Source: Candidatus Woykebacteria bacterium (GTDB taxonomy: Bacteria > Patescibacteriota > Microgenomatia > Woykebacterales > RBG-16-39-9b). From it: a stretch of DNA of 51,690 nt. This document shows, in pieces, positions 1 through 12,182 of the stretch. Each line of letters starts with the position of its first letter. Position 1 is the first letter of the stretch. Under the pieces are notes generated by a model. The model was not told the origin of the DNA and did no database searches. It was given only the letters and a program-made list of their open reading frames with translations. Made by a program: the position numbers and the translations under genes. The stretch lies in contig JBBDPN010000001.1 in NCBI GenBank assembly GCA_040876265.1, forward strand, positions 1 to 51,690, written 5' to 3'.

Positions 1-76
1 CAGAGTCACCAGTGGTAGCAATACAAGCAATATTACTAATACAGATATCTCCACTAGCTACATCAGGTAGGGTGAA
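1..76. repeat. Exact 76-nt intragenic repeat, copy A (may extend past window edge)
   Basis: Identical to 2485-2560; offset 2484 nt (828 codons, in frame); encodes FTLPDVASGDICISNIACIATTGDS. Confidence 0.95.
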
Positions 77-3000
77 AGTACGGGAAGCACCAACATCGGC
101 GGCTGTCAAGGTAACATCGTTGGCATCATCAGTACTGCTGTTCCCTTCAAAAATAAGGCTATTTCCTTTGTTGGAAGAGGAATCAGAGCCTGTAAAAGCA
201 CTACCAGAAAGTACATTTCCAACAGCTGTAATCGTTCCGACACCACCGACACCAGCGCAGTTACCACTAGTTAAGCAAACATCGCCGGATTCATTGGGAA
301 AAGTATACGTGCGATTACTGCCTAGTGCAGCTGTTTTGATTATGCCGTATTCGGTAGGGGTGCCAGTGCTTTCAAGAATCCTCAATTCAGTTGTGGAACC
401 GCCGCCGTTAAATATAAATTGGCTGCCGGAGCTGCTAAGCCCAATGGTTAAGTTGCCAGATCCATCAACTGTGAAGTCTGCAAAATCTACACTGTCTGTT
501 TCTGTTAGACGTAGTTGCGGACCCGAAGTATCCAGGACCTCCAATGTAGCGTCCGGGCTAGTAGTACCAATTCCAAGTTCTTTAGAAGTATTATCCCAGA
601 AGAAATTAGCGTCGTCATTTATTTCTGAAGCACCGGTAAAGAAAGCGACTCTACCAGAAACGGCGGCATCTGGGGTGGTAACACCGCCACCAGCACCAAA
701 ACAGTTACCCAAAGTTTGCAGACAAACTGTATCATCAGATCCAGCAGTATCAGGTAGGGTCAAAATAGCGCTGCCAGTAGTTAAGGTAGCTGCAGATCTT
801 AGGGTTTGAGTAAAGGCGGTTCCAGCTTGGTCGTTGAAGATGATACTGCCTTGCTCATCACCATCTCCCAAAATAATATTAACATCGTTGTGGAGACCAT
901 CATTATCATTAATTGTAGGTGAAGTGGAAAAAGTCCAAGCGCCGGAGATAGTTTGGGTTTGATTTTCCCGAGTGATTCTTGAGGTAGCGTAATCGATATC
1001 AACTTCAGCAAATGTCCCATTTAAGTTTACATCAAAATCATCGGTAACTGCACCAAATACAATTCTGCTAATACCGGTTAACTCTGTGTTACTATCATCT
1101 TGGACTTCGATGATGCCACTGGTTCCAGTAGCATCTGCTTGACACTCCCAACGCCCATCAGTGTCGTTATCCCATTTTAGAACGTGACCTTCAGAACACC
1201 CTTGTAGCAGGGTTAATTTATCACTACCAGCCCCTCCAAATTCTAATCCCGAGAAGCTAAAACTAGCTCCCACACTGTCAGTAACACCCAATAAATCGAC
1301 TGCAACCACATCACCAGAGGTAGAGATACCATTGCCAGCAGAAACATCGACTGTAACTGCTCCCGGACCACCACCACCAGACAGACCAGCTCCAGCAGTG
1401 ACAGCAGTGACGGCATAACTTCCGATGTTAGTCGAATCTGCCAAAGTACGATCCCCCCAGAACAGGTCGCCGGTTGGAGCCCCTCCAGCCGCCGAGGTGT
1501 TCAGGAGGTTGTTGGCACCAGCCGCTCCCAGGCGAATACTGCCTTCTACGTCTAGATTTGCCACACCAGCAGCCGAGTTTGTAATCGTAAAGGTACGGTT
1601 GGCGGCGTTATTGAAATCAAAGGTAAAGCTAGCTCCAGTTAAAGGTACAGAGGTGTCAGATATGGTCAAGTCTGAGAAGGTTTTAGCTCCAGTAAAGTTT
1701 TGGGTACCTTCCAGGAAAGCAAAGGTACCGTCAGTCCCAAGGTCAGGTAGAGTAAAGGTGCGGGAAGCAGCGACATCAGCTGCGGTGAGAGTAACGTCGT
1801 TGGCGTCATTGACGGCTGTATTACCTTCAAATATAAGAGAGTTACCAAACTGACCACCGCCTGTATCTGCTCCTGTGAAGGCAGGTCCATTGCTCACATT
1901 ACCAACGGCTGAGATATCCCCGGTTCCGGCGCAGTTGTTGAGAGTCAGTAGACAAACAGTATCGCTGGCACCACCTGGATCTGGGAAGTTGTAGATAGTA
2001 TTGGTGGTGAGAGCGAGAACGTTGAAAGTACCGTAGTCTGTACCACCACCATCTTCTCTGGTTCTTAGTTCAGAAGAGGCGTTGTTGAGTAAGATATCAA
2101 AGCCACCGGTCTGGTTCCAATCGGCTGTTAGAGGACCTAGAGCTAAGGTAAGATTGGAACCCTCACCACCACCATCACCACCGGTGATACCCGAACCATT
2201 AGAAATAGAAGCCACGTAGTTACCAGTGGTGTCGGTAGTTAAAGCAACCGCATTCGCCGAGATGGTCAAGACCCCGGTATTACTAATAGTGGCGTCCCCA
2301 CTCATAGTTTCGAAAGAAGGTGGAGATCCGGTTTGACCCAGTAGCAGTTGACCATTAGTACCAGCGGTAGTAGCGCCAATAGCTCCACTACCATTACCGT
2401 AAAGCACACCATTGGCGGTGAATGAGGTTGCACCAGTACCACCAATACCTACCTCTAATACTCCAGAAGAGAAGAAGGAGGTAGCAGAGTCACCAGTGGT
2501 AGCAATACAAGCAATATTACTAATACAGATATCTCCACTAGCTACATCAGGTAGGGTGAAGGTTCTGTCTATACTTGGGTTTACTGCTGTCAAAACTATC
2601 TCCAAGGCGTCATTGGCACCAGTACCTTCAAAGGTAAGAATATTACCTTGGGTACCATTAAAAGCAGCCCCACTACTGACATCACCTACGTCAGTGATGT
2701 CTCCGCCAACCCCGGATCCAGGGCAGTTCCCAGAAAAATCGCAGACCTCATAAGTGACCCCACCTCTAACCACCTCAAACGTATCATTGGTCACACCGAT
2801 CCTCAATGCCTCACTGGTTGCGCCGGTTACAAGCCCACCTTCAACTAACAAATTAGCTACTTGGCCTCCAGTTGAGTTGATTACAGATAGGGTGGTAGTT
2901 GCGCCGCCTTGGAGATCAAAAGTGGTGCTGCCACCAGTGAAAGGAATATTTGTATCTGCTATCGAAAGGTCGCCGGCGATAGCTAATGTGTTACCAGCTT

Positions 3001-5287
3001 CAAAGGTATCAGAAGCGTTACTACGCAGGAAGTCAGCTGAAGTGAGACTGTCTAATAAATCAGCGTTTAAATTGCTAACCAATGTGGTTGAAGCGACGAC
3101 AAATGGGGCAGTACCAGTAGCTAGGGTACTGGTAAGTTGACCACTCATATTAATAGTGGTAACGCCGGAAACGGCACCGGCATTGGTAACTCCGCCGGAA
3201 TTATTATTAATGCCGCCAGAGGAAACTGTCAGTCCAGTACCAAAAGTGCCAGAACCTTCCACTGAAAGATTGGCTACGTTGCCTGCGTCCGAATTTGTTA
3301 CAGTGAATGTTCTAGTCGCAGCTGCGTTTAGGTCAAGGGTCGAATCGGCAGGAGCACCAAGCAACAAACCACCAGCTGCATTAGTGGTGATAGTTGGGTC
3401 AGTTATGCCCACTCCCGAAGTGTACAATCTAAGTAGGCCATTCAGGGATTCATTCGTTCCAAGATTTAGCTCGCCAGAACTTTCGTCAAAATGAAAAGAC
3501 CCAGTGGCGATAGTGCTACCGCCAATAACTACATCATCAGTGAGGGTTGTTAAATAAATAAAACCAGCGCCTTGAGTCCATTTTGAACCACCAGCGCCAA
3601 TTGCAGATTGCAAACAACGGATGGATTGTTGAACGGTAAAATCAGTAGTGCAGTTGACAAAACCACCAGTATAGACGCCAACCAAAAAAGCTCCGGCGGT
3701 AGCATCGCTTGTGGCTGGACCGAGCACTCCGTCACCCCAGTCGTTTAGCTCTACCGTGCCGATTTGCAAAGTTTCGGTGGAAGGTATTTGGATTTCTCCA
3801 GTTGCCGTAACTTGGAAATAAATGGTGGAACCATCATCATTCGTAGTCCGCAAAATACCACCACTGGCTGCACCGGAGCCGCGTACCTCCCAACTATTGG
3901 TAGCGTTATCTACTCCGATGGGGGTGGTAAGAAGAGAAGCGAGTTGAAAGTTGACTTCATCAGGCGGGCCTGCGTCAACAGTTAAACTAAAATCGCCACC
4001 GACAAAATCCAAAATCCCAGCTTCCGTAGTAAGATCAACGTCGTTTACCTGTACAGTGAATATTCCAAAAGCCGCTCCCCAGCTAGGCAGCCCACCACTA
4101 ACTACCAAAGTTTCACCGGCAGCTCCTATTGGTAGCCTAGCTAAAGTTCCAGCACCGGCGGCGTAGAGGATATCGCCAGTGGAGTATGAAGTAATGCCAG
4201 TGCCACCCCGGGTAGCGGCGATGGCTGTTGCTTGCCAGACGCCAGTGCTAACTCCCCCAAGCGTATTTATGCTAGTTTGTCCAGAATAGGTGCTGGAAAT
4301 ACCCACTGTCGGATTTTCACCCGCAGAGACGTCTATTTCACCACCAGTACCTAGCACACTACGGACCACACTGCCTGTGACTACCCCTGGTACCGAAATA
4401 GTTAGATCCTGATCACCGGAAACTGCTACGTTTGCTCCGGGGGCGATGCTATATATAAGATTGGAAGCGTAGACTTCGCCGGCAGCTGCATCTACATTGG
4501 CTCCTTCCGTCACAATCCCGCTCCTGGCGGTGAGTAACCCATTTATATCGGTAGGCGCATTTACGGTCAGAAAAGGATCGGTAATAGTGCCGAGAACTTG
4601 ACCAACTTCGCTAGGCAACTCCAATATTTGCGCCTGCTCTTGGACCTGAGTAGGGTTCAGTGTCCTGAGTAATACAAGTATATCTTTTGATGCATTACGA
4701 AACCCTGTGTTATTAAAGTAAAGTGCTGGAAGGGCCGTGGTAGCTGCTAGCAGCGCCAGGAGTAAATAGTGGGCTGGTTTGACTTTTTTTAGAACCTTTA
4801 TTGCTGCTGGTTCTGCAACCGTAAATGGTTCGTAAGGAGGACCTTTGGAAAAATCTGGGATCTGGACCTTTGGTTGGGTTGGAGCTGGCTTGATTACTGG
4901 GAGGGGTGTTATGTTCACTCCCTGAGGCAAATATTCGAGAGGAGATTTGGAGATACCTTCTTTGCCAGTAGGAGCTTGGGCATTTTCCCCGACAGCTGGC
5001 GGATTGTTCTTTTCGCGCAGTATTTGCTGGACGCTCTTGCCGGACCTAAGCTCATTGTCAATTTCTACCAGAGTCTCGACGACACTTTCTGGGTACGCAC
5101 CGACTGGGGAACCACCAGCAAAGGATTTTCTTTTAGCGTGGGGGAGAAGACCTATTTTGGTGTAATAGCGGAGACGGTTAAAAGGATTGCCTTTACCAAA
5201 AGTCACACCACGCCCCTTAGCGCGGTCAATTACTTCATCAAAAGCTATTAAATTGTCCAGGGCGTTTGATAAAAACCCCTCAGGCAT
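2..5287 (-). CDS. Giant surface/fibre-like protein (partial, >=1762 aa): MerR-like HTH, TM helix, tail-fibre-like repeats
   Basis: ATG at 5287 with GAGGA 9 nt upstream. My hand translation shows no stop to the window edge, consistent with the ORF track omitting it. N-terminus MPEGFLSNALDNLIAFDEVIDRAKGRGVTFGKGNPFNRLRYYTKIGLLPHAKRKS; hydrophobic HYLLLALLAATTALPALYF near aa 173-191; then YSGQTSINTLGGVSTGVWQATAIAATRGGTG, FVVASTTLVSNLNADLLD, ELGIGTTSPDATLEV and Gly/Thr/Ser/Asp-rich repeats. Confidence 0.85.
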   Translation of the reverse strand, partial: MPEGFLSNALDNLIAFDEVIDRAKGRGVTFGKGNPFNRLRYYTKIGLLPHAKRKSFAGGSPVGAYPESVVETLVEIDNELRSGKSVQQILREKNNPPAVGENAQAPTGKEGISKSPLEYLPQGVNITPLPVIKPAPTQPKVQIPDFSKGPPYEPFTVAEPAAIKVLKKVKPAHYLLLALLAATTALPALYFNNTGFRNASKDILVLLRTLNPTQVQEQAQILELPSEVGQVLGTITDPFLTVNAPTDINGLLTARSGIVTEGANVDAAAGEVYASNLIYSIAPGANVAVSGDQDLTISVPGVVTGSVVRSVLGTGGEIDVSAGENPTVGISSTYSGQTSINTLGGVSTGVWQATAIAATRGGTGITSYSTGDILYAAGAGTLARLPIGAAGETLVVSGGLPSWGAAFGIFTVQVNDVDLTTEAGILDFVGGDFSLTVDAGPPDEVNFQLASLLTTPIGVDNATNSWEVRGSGAASGGILRTTNDDGSTIYFQVTATGEIQIPSTETLQIGTVELNDWGDGVLGPATSDATAGAFLVGVYTGGFVNCTTDFTVQQSIRCLQSAIGAGGSKWTQGAGFIYLTTLTDDVVIGGSTIATGSFHFDESSGELNLGTNESLNGLLRLYTSGVGITDPTITTNAAGGLLLGAPADSTLDLNAAATRTFTVTNSDAGNVANLSVEGSGTFGTGLTVSSGGINNNSGGVTNAGAVSGVTTINMSGQLTSTLATGTAPFVVASTTLVSNLNADLLDSLTSADFLRSNASDTFEAGNTLAIAGDLSIADTNIPFTGGSTTFDLQGGATTTLSVINSTGGQVANLLVEGGLVTGATSEALRIGVTNDTFEVVRGGVTYEVCDFSGNCPGSGVGGDITDVGDVSSGAAFNGTQGNILTFEGTGANDALEIVLTAVNPSIDRTFTLPDVASGDICISNIACIATTGDSATSFFSSGVLEVGIGGTGATSFTANGVLYGNGSGAIGATTAGTNGQLLLGQTGSPPSFETMSGDATISNTGVLTISANAVALTTDTTGNYVASISNGSGITGGDGGGEGSNLTLALGPLTADWNQTGGFDILLNNASSELRTREDGGGTDYGTFNVLALTTNTIYNFPDPGGASDTVCLLTLNNCAGTGDISAVGNVSNGPAFTGADTGGGQFGNSLIFEGNTAVNDANDVTLTAADVAASRTFTLPDLGTDGTFAFLEGTQNFTGAKTFSDLTISDTSVPLTGASFTFDFNNAANRTFTITNSAAGVANLDVEGSIRLGAAGANNLLNTSAAGGAPTGDLFWGDRTLADSTNIGSYAVTAVTAGAGLSGGGGPGAVTVDVSAGNGISTSGDVVAVDLLGVTDSVGASFSFSGLEFGGAGSDKLTLLQGCSEGHVLKWDNDTDGRWECQADATGTSGIIEVQDDSNTELTGISRIVFGAVTDDFDVNLNGTFAEVDIDYATSRITRENQTQTISGAWTFSTSPTINDNDGLHNDVNIILGDGDEQGSIIFNDQAGTAFTQTLRSAATLTTGSAILTLPDTAGSDDTVCLQTLGNCFGAGGGVTTPDAAVSGRVAFFTGASEINDDANFFWDNTSKELGIGTTSPDATLEVLDTSGPQLRLTETDSVDFADFTVDGSGNLTIGLSSSGSQFIFNGGGSTTELRILESTGTPTEYGIIKTAALGSNRTYTFPNESGDVCLTSGNCAGVGGVGTITAVGNVLSGSAFTGSDSSSNKGNSLIFEGNSSTDDANDVTLTAADVGASRTFTLPDVASGDICISNIACIATTGDS
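2485..2560. repeat. Exact 76-nt intragenic repeat, copy B
   Basis: Identical to 1-76. Confidence 0.95.
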
Positions 5288-5304
5288 GATGGCAGGTCCT
5301 CTTC

Positions 5305-5330
5305 TGACACCTCGGTCCAAAAAGGTGTCA
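5305..5330. promoter_or_regulatory. 8-10-8 inverted repeat just upstream of the giant gene RBS
   Basis: TGACACCT-N10-AGGTGTCA, perfect dyad; function inferred. Confidence 0.45.
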
Positions 5331-5343
5331 TTTAACCAAAAAA

Positions 5344-5381
5344 TCCCGCGACAAGTTCAATACATCCTTGCTGTCACGGGA
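5344..5381. promoter_or_regulatory. TCCCGCGAC-N20-GTCACGGGA dyad, copy 1
   Basis: Arms at 5344-5352 and 5373-5381; the same arms recur at 5660-5704. On the minus strand the hairpin is followed by a T run. Confidence 0.5.
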
Positions 5382-5393
5382 AATTCTACCTAA

Positions 5394-5423
5394 ACTATAC
5401 CCATATTATTATCGGTTTGTCAA
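5394..5423 (-). promoter_or_regulatory. Sigma70-type promoter for the giant gene
   Basis: TTGACA (5423-5418), 18 nt, TATAGT (5399-5394). Confidence 0.6.
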
Positions 5424-5659
5424 GTTTAGAAGCTAGATTTCAGATGTCAGATCTAAGACGTATGAAGTGTATTTGAAATTTTTAATTCTCAATTTTTAGT
5501 TTTCATTCAATTTGCAAAATTTAATTTTAAATATTTAGATTTGTAGTCCATGAAATGGTTGCCGATTGTAAAGCAATCTATTAGAAAAATTGCAAATTTT
5601 AAATTGAAAATTATTTTTATAAAAGTGTTGTCAAGATAGTATTTACGCTCGAGTGGGTT

Positions 5660-5704
5660 TCCCGCGACGGGAAAATGAACCTAAAATACCTCTATGTCAC
5701 GGGA
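5660..5704. promoter_or_regulatory. TCCCGCGAC-N27-GTCACGGGA dyad, copy 2
   Basis: Arms at 5660-5668 and 5696-5704; TGTCACGGGAAA is identical at 5372-5383 and 5695-5706. Confidence 0.5.
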
Positions 5705-5760
5705 AACAGTTTTGGAGTTGAAATGGGTCAGTTTGGGGGAAAAGCTTGTGATACTATTTA

Positions 5761-6593
<833 letters not shown>

Positions 6594-6650
6594 CGAAGTC
6601 AAAAGCAGGATCTTTGGATTTGTTAAAGAGACTATTTTTGATTTAGACGA

Positions 6651-6712
6651 CAGATTTCAGATGTCAGACGTCAGATATCTTAAATCTTAGATCATAGGTC
6701 TTATAACTAACA
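6651..6712. repeat. 7-nt-period intergenic repeat
   Basis: CAGATTT CAGATGT CAGACGT CAGATAT then CTTAAAT CTTAGAT CATAGGT CTTATAA; AGATTTCAGATGTCAGA also at 5435-5451. Confidence 0.8.
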
Positions 6713-6774
6713 GAAAAGGAGGTAAAATATATCCCGCTAAAGCGTGATTTATTTTCACCTAGAAAGGTTCAAAT

Positions 6775-7476
6775 ATGACAGGAGTAGTTTTAATAGCCCT
6801 AATGCTCAATGCCCTGACGGTACTATTGGTTCTTTACCTAGTTTATAGAGCCGATAAGGCCATTGGGGACTTCGAGCCTTACTTGCAAGACGTAGAGAAA
6901 ATGCGCGGATCCATAGCTAAACGTGGCAACGAGATATTGGAGAAAACAATAACCGTCGCTCAAGAAATGATTAGGAACGCAGTCTATACCTCCCAGAAAA
7001 ATATCAGGCAATCGGAAAGCCTACAAGCCGAGATGGAAAACATAATGAAGGTGGGAATACAACAAAACCTATCAGAAAATAAACAAATGATACAAAAGGT
7101 AACGCAGGATATCTTAAAAGCCTACGAAGATCAATTTTCTAGCCTTGGCAAGGAAGTGGAATCTGCCGGTTTGGCCGCTCGTCAAGAAGTTCTGGACGCC
7201 ACAAAGCTGCGAATAGCTGAGCTTGCCGAAAGTATGAGCAGTGAACTAGCCCAGATAGGTAAAACAGCTGATGAAAAGATTTCTAGCGAACTAACCGCTT
7301 CCCAGGAAGTTATAAAAGCGTATCGTGATCAGAAACTAAAAGAGTTGGACAGCAAGGTATATCAGGTTCTTTCACAAGTTGCTAAAAAAACGATTGGGCG
7401 CACCATCGATCTTTCTGACCACGAAGAACTAGTGATGCAGGCTCTGGAGAAAGCAAAAAAGGAAAACCTTTTGTAA
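6775..7476 (+). CDS. atpF: F-type ATPase subunit b-like peripheral stalk protein (long, 233 aa)
   Basis: Single N-terminal TM, long coiled coil, b-like C-terminal DLSDHEELVMQAL, located before delta and alpha. Confidence 0.65.
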   Translation: MTGVVLIALMLNALTVLLVLYLVYRADKAIGDFEPYLQDVEKMRGSIAKRGNEILEKTITVAQEMIRNAVYTSQKNIRQSESLQAEMENIMKVGIQQNLSENKQMIQKVTQDILKAYEDQFSSLGKEVESAGLAARQEVLDATKLRIAELAESMSSELAQIGKTADEKISSELTASQEVIKAYRDQKLKELDSKVYQVLSQVAKKTIGRTIDLSDHEELVMQALEKAKKENLL

Positions 7477-7498
7477 ATTTATAATTTGAAATTCACTC

Positions 7499-7990
7499 AT
7501 GGTAAATCAGGAAGGAATCTTAACTAAATTAACTGAAGGTATCTATACACAGGAGGATCTAGAGTTGCTGTTAGGGGATGTGGAAGAAGCTAACCGTTGG
7601 GTCTACAAGGGCGGCAGTGTGCCGTTGAGTAAAAAAATTAGTGGTAGTGTCTCAGAAGGTTTTCGCAAGAAAATCGAAAGTCTGGAAAGCGAAGAGAACC
7701 TGCCGGGCAATCGAAAAGAACTCGCCGCTCTTTTTAGAAATCTGCTAGAAAATCTTGAAAAGATGGTCAAAGCAAAACTTACTTTGGCTTTCGCGCCTAG
7801 CGACGAGTTTTTAACAAAGCTTGCTGGTTGGTTCGAGGCCCAAACCGGTAAAAAAATTGTTCTGGATATCCAGATTGACGAGAGCATTATCGCTGGGTGC
7901 CGTCTGGAATATAGTGGTGAATATCGGGATTACTCATTGGGAGAGAAGTTGGAAGCCGTGTTGGACCAGGAAATAAAAGGGCTGGTTTAG
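7499..7990 (+). CDS. atpH: F-type ATPase subunit delta-like
   Basis: C-terminal IVLDIQIDESIIAGCRLEYSGEYRDYSL matches the delta/OSCP VDPSLIGG...DGS pattern; synteny. Confidence 0.8.
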   Translation: MVNQEGILTKLTEGIYTQEDLELLLGDVEEANRWVYKGGSVPLSKKISGSVSEGFRKKIESLESEENLPGNRKELAALFRNLLENLEKMVKAKLTLAFAPSDEFLTKLAGWFEAQTGKKIVLDIQIDESIIAGCRLEYSGEYRDYSLGEKLEAVLDQEIKGLV

Positions 7991-7993
7991 CTT

Positions 7994-8021
7994 TAAGTTC
8001 TAAGTTGTAAGTCTTAAGAAT
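7994..8021. repeat. 7-nt tandem repeat before the atpA start
   Basis: TAAGTTC TAAGTTG TAAGTCT TAAGAAT, then TA and ATG. Confidence 0.75.
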
Positions 8022-8023
8022 TA

Positions 8024-9485
8024 ATGAAAAATTACGAAGATTATCTAAAAGAGACGGGTGAGGTGGGTAACATTCGATCGATTGTCCAGTCAATTGTTTA
8101 CGTTTCTGGTTTGCCTGGGGTAAAACCAAAGGAAATGATTGTCGGCGAGGGTGGGCAGAGGGGGATAGTCCAGGCTTTGGAAGCGGACCTGGCCGAAGTT
8201 TTGATGCTTGATACTCATGGGCTTGTGAGCAATCTGCCAGTTGCCCGGACAAACGAGACTTTTACAGTTCCAGCCAGTGAGGGGTTGCTAGGTAGGGTTG
8301 TCGATGCCTTTGGTCGAGCGGTCGATGGGCGAGGACCGATAGCCGGGGAAAAAACAAACCAATCTATCGAGCCTACGGCCCCTGGCATAGAAAGAAGAGT
8401 GAAAGTAAATAAACCACTCGAAACCGGAGTAGCAATCGTCGATCTTCTTGTACCAGTTGGTTATGGTCAAAGAGAGCTTGTGGTGGGGGATAAGAAAACT
8501 GGAAAAACTACCTTTTTGCTTCAGGCCATTGCCAACCAAGCTAGTCAAGACGTAATTTGTATATACGTATCCATTGGTAAGCGTCAAGACGACGTTAAGA
8601 CCATTGAGAACTACTTGAGGAAAAAAAACGTCTTCGGAAATTGTATCCTTCTTACTGCCAATGCGGCTGATCCCGTTACGATGATTTACCTATCTCCCTA
8701 CGCCGGTATGGCAGTCGCCGAGTATTTCCGTGACAAGGGAAAAAACGTATTGATTGTTCTCGATGATTTGACCAACCACGCAAAATTTTATCGAGAAATC
8801 TCCCTCCTTCTGCAACGAACCCCTGGTAGATCTTCTTACCCAGGTGATATTTTTCATATCCACGCCGCGCTTCTCGAGAGGGCAGGGAACATAAAAATTT
8901 CTAGCGGCGATATGGTGAGTATTAGCGCTCTACCGGTAGCTGAGACTTTGGAAGGAGATATCACCGGTTATATCCAGACAAACCTGATGGCTATTACAGA
9001 CGGACATATCTTTTTTGATATAGACGAGTTTCGCAAAGGAGTACGCCCGGCGATCAACCCATCCCTTTCTGTTTCCCGCGTTGGTAACCAAACCAAACAG
9101 CCAATCGACAGGGAGTTGGCCCAACTGGTCCGGGAAGACCTTTCCCGCTACAGCCGATCTTTAGACATAGCTAAATTTGGTGTTGAGCTTCCCGAGAAAA
9201 CTCGGGCAGAAATAGACCTTGGCGAAAAAATCGGGGTTATTTTCAACCAGGATGCTGAAGGAATTGTACCCAGGAGCCTACAACTTATCTTGCTCGGGCT
9301 TCTTTTCTCAGGGTTTTGGAAAGGGAAAAACGCCAATTTGGTAAAAGTAGACATCATCAAGATGTTCCAGAAATATCAAAAGGGCGATTTTTCGCAGATT
9401 GAGAAAGAAGTGACCCGGGCCACCTCTCCCGAGGAGCTGATGAAACTTGTGGGTAAGCACCAATCTAAGTTTTCGGAGGCTTTGT

Positions 9486-9493
<8 letters not shown>
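8024..9493 (+). CDS. atpA: F1 ATPase alpha subunit (divergent)
   Basis: Walker A GDKKTGKT, PGRSSYPGDIF, ALPVAETLEGDI, RPAINPSLSVSRVG (Arg finger retained). Confidence 0.95.
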
Positions 9494-11734
<2,241 letters not shown>

Positions 11735-11738
11735 AATT

Positions 11739-12011
11739 ATGGAACGCAAGGGATCAAAAGAAGAAATTTTTGTGGCGGTGTTTTGGCCACCTTTTGTCGG
11801 TAAAGTTGGTTATCGGGGTTCTGTAGCAGCAATATCGTCAGTGAACCTGGTAGGTAAATTTGATATTTTGCCTGAACATACCAACTTTATTTCTTTGATT
11901 AAGGACCGCATAACTATCCACACTCTAGATAAGAAAAAGGTGGAATACGAGTTTAAGCGGGGTGTATTAGAGGCAAGCGGTAATCTGGTCAAGGTTTTCT
12001 TAGGAATCTAA
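11739..12011 (+). CDS. atpC: F1 epsilon subunit, N-terminal domain only
   Basis: GKFDILPEHTNFISLI matches epsilon GxxGILPxH; only 90 aa, no C-terminal helical hairpin. Confidence 0.8.
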   Translation: MERKGSKEEIFVAVFWPPFVGKVGYRGSVAAISSVNLVGKFDILPEHTNFISLIKDRITIHTLDKKKVEYEFKRGVLEASGNLVKVFLGI

Positions 12012-12061
12012 ACAATATACTTTGAATTTTCAATCAACTTTGTTGTAAAATCACTCCACCC

Positions 12062-12103
12062 ATGAGTACTGATAGATATAATCCAGCAGAAATAGAGGAA
12101 AAA
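12062..12103 (+). pseudogene. Relic 5' end of a leuS-like gene
   Basis: Encodes MSTDRYNPAEIEEK versus MDRYDPIVIEQK of leuS; 14/15-nt match between 12071-12085 and 12186-12200. Confidence 0.55.
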
Positions 12104-12182
12104 GAAGAAACCACCTTTTTCGTTGTTAGAATCCATTTTACAACTCAAAAGCTGGAACCTTGCTTTTGCTCAAGGAGGTTTT

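Noticed and set aside
12-5251. Plus-strand ORFs listed in the track (12..809, 1425..1853, 2412..2753, 2754..3140, 3156..3494, 4874..5251 and others)
   Set aside because: Antisense shadows of the giant minus-strand gene; Pro/Ser/Val-rich with no motifs or RBS.
12123-12182. Track's longer leuS start (TTG)
   Set aside because: ATG 12183 has an AGGAGG SD and gives the typical LeuRS N-terminus.
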